Below, piece by piece: positions 6,814-12,920 of a stretch of 12,920 bases of DNA. The stretch covers positions 1 through 12,920 of the forward strand of contig CAWBCT010000012.1 of NCBI GenBank assembly GCA_963787445.1, written 5' to 3'. The notes beneath the pieces were generated by a model. That model made no database searches, had not been told where the DNA came from, and was given only the letters and a program-made list of their open reading frames with translations. How positions within the stretch are numbered: position 1 is the stretch's first letter; the number at the start of each line of letters is the position of its first letter. A program made the position numbers and the translations under genes. The DNA comes from an uncultured archaeon (GTDB lineage Archaea; Micrarchaeota; Micrarchaeia; Micrarchaeales; CABMGC01).

Positions 6814-7569
6814 TCATCTTATGGTGATTCCGAGTTTTCCTCCGTTCTCACGCAGCCATTTCCGCCTCTCCTTGTAGTCTGGCACAGCCTTCGCCACCAA
6901 CGCCCAAAACGCGGGAGAGTGGTTGTGCTGGCCGAGGTGCGAGAGTTCGTGCGCCATCACGTACTCAAGAATCGGGTAGGGCGCAAAGAGTAGTCTAACG
7001 TTCAGATTTATAGTCTTTCTCGGATGCGTAGTGCTGCCCCAGAGCCTTCGCTGCGATTTTATCTTGAGGTCGTTGAACTTGAATCCGTAGAACCGCTCGT
7101 TCAGTGCGTCAAGCCTGGAGCGCACTTCCGGCAACATCGCCTTTGACAGTCCAAGAGTGGTGAGCCTTGATATTGTTTCCCTGCGCGCATCCTCATCGTA
7201 GGCAAGAGGGGTCCTTATCTTCAGCAGGCCCGGCTCGAGGCGCACCGTGGAACGCTGGGCAAGGCTCTGCTCATCGACTTCTATCCTTACCGGGCTCCCA
7301 AGAATATTGATCACATCGCCGTTCGCGAACGCCGGAGCCTTTTTGTCGTCGAGAGCGGAGAAGCCGTCGCGGGAGAGCTTCTCTAGCCTCTTTACCACCT
7401 TCTGCGTCAGGCCGTTTATCAGGTCGATGCGGGTGGAACGGCTGATCCACCTGGGAAGGCGTATGGTGACGCTGTTCGAGTCGAAGCGCGCCACCGCCGT
7501 CCTCCTTCTCTCCTGTATCACAAACAGGTCGAAGCGCCTGCCCTGCACTTCTATCTGCCGTTCATCCAA
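6814..7569 (-). CDS. YgjP/DUF45-like (M48/SprT-type) zinc-dependent metalloprotein
   Basis: KSQRRLWGS, INLNVRL, EYVMAHELSHL, NHSPAFWALV and PDYKERRKWL. TTG start preceded by AAGGTG. Confidence 0.88.
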   Translation of the reverse strand: MDERQIEVQGRRFDLFVIQERRRTAVARFDSNSVTIRLPRWISRSTRIDLINGLTQKVVKRLEKLSRDGFSALDDKKAPAFANGDVINILGSPVRIEVDEQSLAQRSTVRLEPGLLKIRTPLAYDEDARRETISRLTTLGLSKAMLPEVRSRLDALNERFYGFKFNDLKIKSQRRLWGSTTHPRKTINLNVRLLFAPYPILEYVMAHELSHLGQHNHSPAFWALVAKAVPDYKERRKWLRENGGKLGITIR

Positions 7570-7578
7570 TAAAGCACC

Positions 7579-8139
7579 TTAGCTCAGGTCCACCGCAAGC
7601 GGGCACTGCGCCCAGTAGTTGGCATTTCCGTTCTGGTACAGCTGCTGCGCGTTTATTGTGCTGCTGTTGTAATTGCTGTAGGTGAGCACTATTCCAGGCT
7701 CTGCGCCCGCCTCGCTCGTGCAGGTTGCGGCTGATGCATTTTCTGGGGTAACCTGATGGCCTAGGCCGTTTGGCGAGTACGTGCAGCTGGTCTCATTGGC
7801 CTCATAGAAGTCTATCGTGCTGGGGCTGCGCTGGTTGGAAAGGATCTCGATGATGTAGGTGACGCACGGCTCCTCCGAGTTGAACTGTGTCAGGTTGTCA
7901 TAATTAACAAGCAGGGAGATCCTGGGTGCTGTGGAGAGGCTAGCCTTGAATGTCGAGAAGGAGGCGCTGCTTATCTGAATGGGGCCCTCTTGGCTAACGA
8001 CGAAGAGCGCTATGGCTGCAAGTATGATTATGCCTGCCGCTACAAAAAGGGCGTTCCTCTTTCTGCTTGAGGCTGTCTTCTTCTGAAGGGCCGCCTTGGT
8101 GGTTGCCTGTGCGCCCTGCTGTTTCTTCGCTGCTGGCAT
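7579..8139 (-). CDS. Single-pass membrane protein with a 4-Cys extracellular domain, unknown function
   Basis: Basic N-terminus, TM helix ALFVAAGIIILAAIALFVV, four Cys and several N-x-S/T sequons. Gaps of 4 nt and 9 nt to its neighbours. Confidence 0.8.
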   Translation of the reverse strand: MPAAKKQQGAQATTKAALQKKTASSRKRNALFVAAGIIILAAIALFVVSQEGPIQISSASFSTFKASLSTAPRISLLVNYDNLTQFNSEEPCVTYIIEILSNQRSPSTIDFYEANETSCTYSPNGLGHQVTPENASAATCTSEAGAEPGIVLTYSNYNSSTINAQQLYQNGNANYWAQCPLAVDLS

Positions 8140-8143
8140 ATGA

Positions 8144-10204
8144 TCATCTTATGAAGAAGGCGGGATAGCACGCGTTGATGAATGCGGAGTCGCCGTTTGC
8201 CGTCATCACCGTCCCGTAGAACGAGTAGACGCTTATGCTCTGCGTGCCTGCGATGCTGAGCGCCACCACCGGCGTCCTGCTGCGCGCGTACTGGGTCATG
8301 CACTGGCTGACGTTCATGTCGACTATGCCGGGTCCGGAGCAGACGTTGCCGGAGGTGTAGATCGTAGTGGCAGTGTAGTTGTAGGCAGTGGCGTAGGCTG
8401 TTATCTCGCTTGCGCAGGTAGAGAGCGCGGGGCTCGTGCCATTCAGCGCAATTACAAGGCTTCGCGAGGAGTGCACCGCATCGGTGAACAGGTTGGCAGG
8501 GGCGCTGGAGTTCGCGATGGAGGCGATCTCATAGGTCGCAAAGACGAAGATCAGCACTATCGCAATCACTATTATGAACAGCCATAGCCAGGCGCGGCTC
8601 GTCCTGTGGCTCACCTTGAGCTTCCTGCGCGCCTGAAGGCGCAGGTGGTAGAAGAAGAGCAGTGCCAGCAGTATTATGCCGATTATAAGCGAGAGAATGG
8701 AGGAGAGGAACGGGGCGGAGGCGATCGTGGATTGGTATGAAAGCCCCTCAACTGACGACATGAACGAGACGAACGGCTCGTTTATCGCGCGGGAGACTCC
8801 CTCAAGGCTGAAGTCTATGGTAAGGCCGTAGTTCGGCAAGAGGTTGTCTATTTGGAAGAGCTGCGCAAGCAGGGCAGTGGTGTTCTGCACCTGGCTTCCG
8901 AATTGACCGTTGGCCTGTGCCTCCTGGAATGCGAGTGCGGCTGTCTTGTTTGAGGTGTCGCCGTTGAGCTGCGCTGCTACCAGCACCACCGTGTTGTTGC
9001 GGGCCTCGCTCAATAAGGAGGAATAGGTTGCATTGACCTTAAGGTACGTTGCCCTAAGCTGCGCAAGGGAGGTCTGCAGTGCGGCTGCGTATGAGGTTAT
9101 GTTTATCTGGGCGTAATTGGTCTTCAGGTAGGAGTAATCAGAGCTCACAAGGGCGGTCTCTGTCTGGAGCGTGGCGTTAGAGATGTGCAAACCAAGCAGG
9201 GCGCTTGCGTTTGTGGTCGTGGAGAGGCCCTTGAGCGTGGTGTTCAGTACAACTGCAAGCTGGGTCGACTTCTGCGCGACAAGGGTGGGAACTATGTAGG
9301 CGTTCTCAGAAGCATTGACGCTCTGCGCCAGCACCGCGATCTTCGCAGAGGTGGGCAGGGAGGCGGCTATGCCGTTAAGCTGCACAGTGACATTGTTAAG
9401 CTGCGTGGGCTGGTATGTGAGCAGTCCGCAGTAGCCTATGGCGTTGCAGTACCAGGGCCCTGAGCTCGATGAAAGGTTGAAGCCTATGTTGCCGCCTAGC
9501 CCGCCGCAGAGCGAGAGGTCTGAGCTGGCAAGCGGAGGAAAGATCGGGTTCTGGCCAATTGTCTGCGTTATTGTAGAGACGTTGGCGAGCGCGTTGAGGA
9601 GCTTCTGTATTGCGACGAACGGGCTGGCGGTGCTCTTGGAAGAGCTGTAGTTGTTGAATATGGTTAGGTTGCTCTCCAGCTGGTTGTACTGGATCTCAAA
9701 GCTCGCTATCCCTGTGCCGAGGGTGCCCCCGGGGCCGTCTGTCGCGTATAACGCCTCATTGCAGGAAGGCACCGAGGCGCAGGACTGACAGAGGTTGGCG
9801 TAGGTACAGGTGCCGCGGTCAATTCCCGTCTCTATCAGGCAGTCGGTAAGGTTGTATGAGGAGCCGTTGAGATAGACGCCTAGTGCCTGGGCGGCTGGTG
9901 CGAAGTTGACGGCCTTCAGGCTTGCGCCTTGTATTGTCGGCGTTATGATCGTTGCTATGGTGGCTGCATTGAGGATGAAGTGGTACTGGCTGGATGAGGT
10001 GTTTATCAGGAACACTGGAGAGCTTCCGCTGTAGACCAGAACGTAGCTGTGGCTGCCGTAGGAGATGTTGGTGAAGGTTGCGCCGCTTACGAGGGTGCTC
10101 GAGACATTATAGCTCTTCAGCAGCGCGGTTATGCCCGCGTTTGAGGCGCCTAGGACGCCGACAAGAAGGACAGCGAAGAGCAGAGACGTAGTTTGCCTCG
10201 ACAT
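8144..10204 (-). CDS. Large membrane-anchored glycoprotein-like protein (~686 aa), unknown function
   Basis: Likely start is ATG 10204 (MSRQTTSLLFAVLLVGVLGA, signal peptide); the ORF track starts at TTG 10219. It has a Cys-rich segment, a long helical region, two TM helices around the basic loop HLRLQARRKLKVSHRTSR, a C-terminal 4-Cys domain and many sequons. Confidence 0.85.
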   Translation of the reverse strand: MSRQTTSLLFAVLLVGVLGASNAGITALLKSYNVSSTLVSGATFTNISYGSHSYVLVYSGSSPVFLINTSSSQYHFILNAATIATIITPTIQGASLKAVNFAPAAQALGVYLNGSSYNLTDCLIETGIDRGTCTYANLCQSCASVPSCNEALYATDGPGGTLGTGIASFEIQYNQLESNLTIFNNYSSSKSTASPFVAIQKLLNALANVSTITQTIGQNPIFPPLASSDLSLCGGLGGNIGFNLSSSSGPWYCNAIGYCGLLTYQPTQLNNVTVQLNGIAASLPTSAKIAVLAQSVNASENAYIVPTLVAQKSTQLAVVLNTTLKGLSTTTNASALLGLHISNATLQTETALVSSDYSYLKTNYAQINITSYAAALQTSLAQLRATYLKVNATYSSLLSEARNNTVVLVAAQLNGDTSNKTAALAFQEAQANGQFGSQVQNTTALLAQLFQIDNLLPNYGLTIDFSLEGVSRAINEPFVSFMSSVEGLSYQSTIASAPFLSSILSLIIGIILLALLFFYHLRLQARRKLKVSHRTSRAWLWLFIIVIAIVLIFVFATYEIASIANSSAPANLFTDAVHSSRSLVIALNGTSPALSTCASEITAYATAYNYTATTIYTSGNVCSGPGIVDMNVSQCMTQYARSRTPVVALSIAGTQSISVYSFYGTVMTANGDSAFINACYPAFFIR

Positions 10205-10228
10205 TGAATCAGTATTCAATATGCAAGT

Positions 10229-10242
10229 AATATTTAAATACT
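10229..10242 (-). promoter_or_regulatory. TATA box of the four-gene operon
   Basis: Minus-strand TATTTAAATA at 10240-10231, 27 nt upstream of ATG 10204. Confidence 0.6.
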
Positions 10243-10354
10243 CAACGCTTCTTTGCGGGAGTCGGAAAACACCTAGAATTTCCAGATGTCGACTAGAATC
10301 TCTAAAATATTTGGAATGGGAAATTTTGCCGATGCTCTACGCTAATGGGCAGAT

Positions 10355-10412
10355 AAAAGATTAGGGCCCCGATGAGGGGCCCAGAAAAAGAAACGAGGCC
10401 AAAAAGAAAGGC
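10355..10412 (-). terminator. Terminator of the S-layer gene: two T-tracts plus a GC hairpin
   Basis: After the stop, the minus strand reads TTTCTTTTT twice (10409-10401, 10393-10385), then GGGCCCC-TCATC-GGGGCCC (10382-10364), then TAATCTTTT. Confidence 0.75.
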
Positions 10413-10447
10413 CAATAAACTGTGGCTACGTTAGGCTGCTAGTCCAC

Positions 10448-11374
10448 TTAGACTGTCGCGTTTGCGAGCAAGTCCTGTATGAACTGGTTTCCTGCCGTCA
10501 CGGTCTGCGCTGCAGAGTATCCTGCGACCAGGACTCGGTTCGTACCAAATGCCTGGACCACTACTGAAGAGGTTCCGAAGGTCTGGTTGAACGACGGGTT
10601 CTGTCCGAAGATCTGTCCTGCTACGGAGTTGACGTACTTGCTTCCGACTACGATCAAGGTCGATGCCGAGTTCGCGTTCGAGTCTAGCACTGCCAAAGGC
10701 GTTACAGCCGTGTTCAGGGTCGTTGGGACCACTGCCTGGCTCACTGACGGAACAGCAGTCAGGTTGCTCAATCCGGAGACACTGCAGCTTGTGGTCGAGA
10801 ACGCACATGTCGCGTTTACCTTTGCTATGGTCACGTTAGGGATGTTTGTCGACTGTCCCACCGTGTATGGACCATCTGTCGCAGAGGTCGAGATGCTGTT
10901 CGAGGCCGTGCTTGCAGGACCAATTACGAAGGTCAAGCCGTCGATCGTCTTAGGCTCGTCGTACACAATCGAAGTTGTGGAGATCGAGGCTAGTTCGCCG
11001 CCGCGCTCTGTCCTGAAGCCCGGCAATGCCTTCACTGTAGCACCCTGTGAAGACTGGTACTGCACAGCGTTGTTGTTGCCACCTGTCACGTTTAGCCAGT
11101 ACAACGGAGTTGAGTCAACTGTCGAGCTGTTTGTAAGACCAAACATCACGTTTGAGCCCGGCGTTGTTAGCCCAGGTACGTCTATTTCGTTAACCGTGTA
11201 CGTGAAGTACTGGTTCCTTGGACCTGCACCTGCAACTGAAGGCGAGATCACGAAGTTGACGTTGTTCTGCTCTCCCGTGTATGTTACGGTCGAGACAGTA
11301 GGCGCAACCTTGTAGGTGTACTGAGGTACAGAGTACAACAGTGTAGGCGCAGCAGATACATATGATAAGCCGTC
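10448..11374 (-). CDS. S-layer protein, C-terminal segment with S_layer_C-like domain (part of one interrupted gene 10448..>12920)
   Basis: LAVLDSNANSASTLIVVGSKYVNSVA...RVLVAGYSAAQTVTAGNQFIQDL resembles the S-layer C-terminal domain of Methanococcales/Thermococcales type. The frame is open from 11374; the ORF-track start at 11338 is probably not a real start. Confidence 0.8.
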   Translation of the reverse strand, partial: DGLSYVSAAPTLLYSVPQYTYKVAPTVSTVTYTGEQNNVNFVISPSVAGAGPRNQYFTYTVNEIDVPGLTTPGSNVMFGLTNSSTVDSTPLYWLNVTGGNNNAVQYQSSQGATVKALPGFRTERGGELASISTTSIVYDEPKTIDGLTFVIGPASTASNSISTSATDGPYTVGQSTNIPNVTIAKVNATCAFSTTSCSVSGLSNLTAVPSVSQAVVPTTLNTAVTPLAVLDSNANSASTLIVVGSKYVNSVAGQIFGQNPSFNQTFGTSSVVVQAFGTNRVLVAGYSAAQTVTAGNQFIQDLLANATV

Positions 11375-11395
11375 CTATCATAATGCTGTTCGTGC

Positions 11396-12490
11396 CTATG
11401 AGTGTTCATAGGTTGGGGCTGCGGTCAGATAGTTACCAGCAAGACCGTTTGCTCCAACTGATTGGAACTGAACAGTGTTGCTTGTATCCCAAACGTCTAC
11501 TGAGACACCAGGGTTAGGTATCGCATAGCCGACCTGTATGTTCGTCAGGTTTGCAAGCACAAGGCCGTTTATCGTCTGCCAAACAGGCGAGCCCGAGATT
11601 CCATTATTGTTGAAGGTAACGGTGTAAGTCGTAGCAGAAGTCTGCCCGTACTTATAACCAGTTAGCTGCACGTTCAACGGATTGTTTGTCGAAATCGTGT
11701 TTGCAGGCAAGCCAGAGTTACCCCAAAGTCCAACAGCTACTCCGCCGTTTGCCAACGCAAGTACGTTGGATGCGTCCGATGTCGCATACAAGCCGTTAGG
11801 CGTGAAGCTGCTGTCCAGCTGGTAAGGGTCGAGGTTGTACGTCAATGTACCAACGTTTGAGGTCGGTGCAGCCAACGTTCCTGAGCTTACCTGGAAGGCC
11901 GTGGGTATCGTGCTTGCTACTGTCAGCAAGTTAACAGGCTCTGTGACGGTTGTCAAGTTGACCTGCTTGTTGCCGCTATTTCCTACAGTCACTGCACCTG
12001 TAGAGTTAAAGGAACAGCCGTTAGACGATACAACAGTTGCCTTCGTCGGGTTCGAGTACGTTACGCCGCTCTGGTATGACGTAGTGAACGTCAGAGGGTC
12101 GTAGTTCGCGTTTCCGCTGCTAGGCGCTCCCAGAGAGTCTCCTGCGAAGCTTACCTTCCAAGCCGCCGGGCTTGTTACGAAGTTAAAGCTCGATCCAGGA
12201 GTCATAGTCAACTGGTTCGTTTGGTTCGAGTACAGGATTATTCCCTGAAGCGCTGCGTTCGCATTGAATGCGAGCTGTGATACAGCAGCTGTGGACTGGT
12301 TCGTTGTCCACCTCAAAGCAGCCAGCCAGCCGTTGCCGTTGGCGCTGTTGAAGTTCTTGCCGCTCGTCACGTTAACCGTGTTTGAGAACAGCTGGATCTT
12401 TGCCCACTTCTGGTATGCGTACAAACCTGGGAAGGTCTGGGATACCTTGATGAACAGCTTTGTTCCAGATGAGTTCACGGTTATGGCTGC
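11396..12490 (-). CDS. S-layer protein, middle segment (part of the interrupted gene)
   Basis: S/T/N/G/V-rich beta protein containing SQTFPGLYAYQKWAKIQLFSN, with strong AAC/TAC/TTC codon bias and many sequons. Same frame as the C-terminal segment but separated from it by TAG, TGA and TAG. Confidence 0.75.
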   Translation of the reverse strand, partial: AAITVNSSGTKLFIKVSQTFPGLYAYQKWAKIQLFSNTVNVTSGKNFNSANGNGWLAALRWTTNQSTAAVSQLAFNANAALQGIILYSNQTNQLTMTPGSSFNFVTSPAAWKVSFAGDSLGAPSSGNANYDPLTFTTSYQSGVTYSNPTKATVVSSNGCSFNSTGAVTVGNSGNKQVNLTTVTEPVNLLTVASTIPTAFQVSSGTLAAPTSNVGTLTYNLDPYQLDSSFTPNGLYATSDASNVLALANGGVAVGLWGNSGLPANTISTNNPLNVQLTGYKYGQTSATTYTVTFNNNGISGSPVWQTINGLVLANLTNIQVGYAIPNPGVSVDVWDTSNTVQFQSVGANGLAGNYLTAAPTYEHS

Positions 12491-12920
12491 TGGTTCGATG
12501 CAGGCCCTGCGGACGTTACGTTTGTCAGTACACCATTGTTGTATACAGACAAAGCAGCGTTGGACAGTCCGTTAGAGTTCGGGTAGGACAGGTCGTTCAG
12601 AACCACTGTGAAAGGTCCGCTTGTCACGTTGTGGCCAACGTACACGGTCTGGATAGGCGTTGAAGCCTGTGCCAGTGTGACGTTACCACCAACTATGAAG
12701 TTGGCAGAAGCAACGCCAGTGTAGCCGCTTGTCGGAGGCGTCATTCCATAGACCGTCCAGTTCTGACCGAGCAACTTGAGGTTTGCGTTTGTTGCGCTTC
12801 CTCCAGAAGTCACCGGAATCGGCTTACCAAATACTATCTGGTAGGCGCCGTTCGTGTCGAGCACTGAGATCGAGCCTGTGTTCTGGTTGTATACTGGGAA
12901 TCCAGCCAGCCAAAGCGACT
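12481..12920 (-). CDS. S-layer protein, upstream segment (5' end outside window; part of the interrupted gene)
   Basis: The frame is open from 12918 (SLWLAGFPVYNQNTGSISVLDTNGAYQIVFGKPI...LKLLGQNWTV...VYVGHNVTSGPFTVVLNDLSYPN). It ends at TAA 12483-12481, one base out of register with the next segment. Confidence 0.75.
   Translation of the reverse strand, partial: SLWLAGFPVYNQNTGSISVLDTNGAYQIVFGKPIPVTSGGSATNANLKLLGQNWTVYGMTPPTSGYTGVASANFIVGGNVTLAQASTPIQTVYVGHNVTSGPFTVVLNDLSYPNSNGLSNAALSVYNNGVLTNVTSAGPASNQQP

Noticed and set aside
4336-10364. Overlapping ORFs 4336-4521, 4893-5084, 5391-5615, 6315-6797, 6404-6622, 6808-6993, 7247-7582, 8040-8303, 9185-9463, 9438-9650 and 10131-10364
   Set aside because: They are antisense or off-frame to well-supported genes and have no recognisable motifs.
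11348-11423. Hammerhead ribozyme or stop-codon reassignment as the explanation for the S-layer interruption
   Set aside because: The CUGANGA/GAAA core is absent. Both TAG and TGA would need readthrough within 8 codons, TGA terminates the 686-aa gene normally, and the in-frame peptide is not S-layer-like.
10431-12663. ORFs 10479-11315(+), 10431-10808(-), 11190-11381(-), 11835-12104(+), 12264-12575(+) and 12460-12663(+)
   Set aside because: They are shadows of the codon-biased S-layer gene. Only the first few codons of 11190-11381 may belong to the true S-layer frame.

Overview
Archaeal cell-surface locus. A DPANN lineage, probably Micrarchaeota-like, is inferred from Hjc, the S_layer_C-type S-layer protein, TATA/BRE promoters and GGTG-type ribosome binding sites. 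From left to right: (1) A >=1309-codon secreted surface protein on the minus strand (ATG at 3928, running off the left edge, absent from the ORF track). It comprises a beta-helix, three large unrecognised DxDSG-W repeats and an Ig-like stalk, and it has a long hairpin leader. (2) A divergent Holliday junction resolvase (hjc), probably with a CTG start. (3) A Schlafen/AlbA_2-HATPase_c_4-wHTH gene that exactly fills the space between two 43-bp imperfect inverted repeats ending TGT...ACA, with no transposase; this is a candidate non-autonomous or invertible cassette. (4) A tight four-gene minus-strand operon: two membrane proteins sharing a 4-Cys extracellular domain, a YgjP/M48-like HExxH protein and a PMM-like HAD-IIB enzyme. 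(5) The 3' part of an S-layer protein gene, broken at two sites; one break is a 69-nt stop-containing stretch with two hairpins. No database searches were possible, so family calls rest on recognised motifs.
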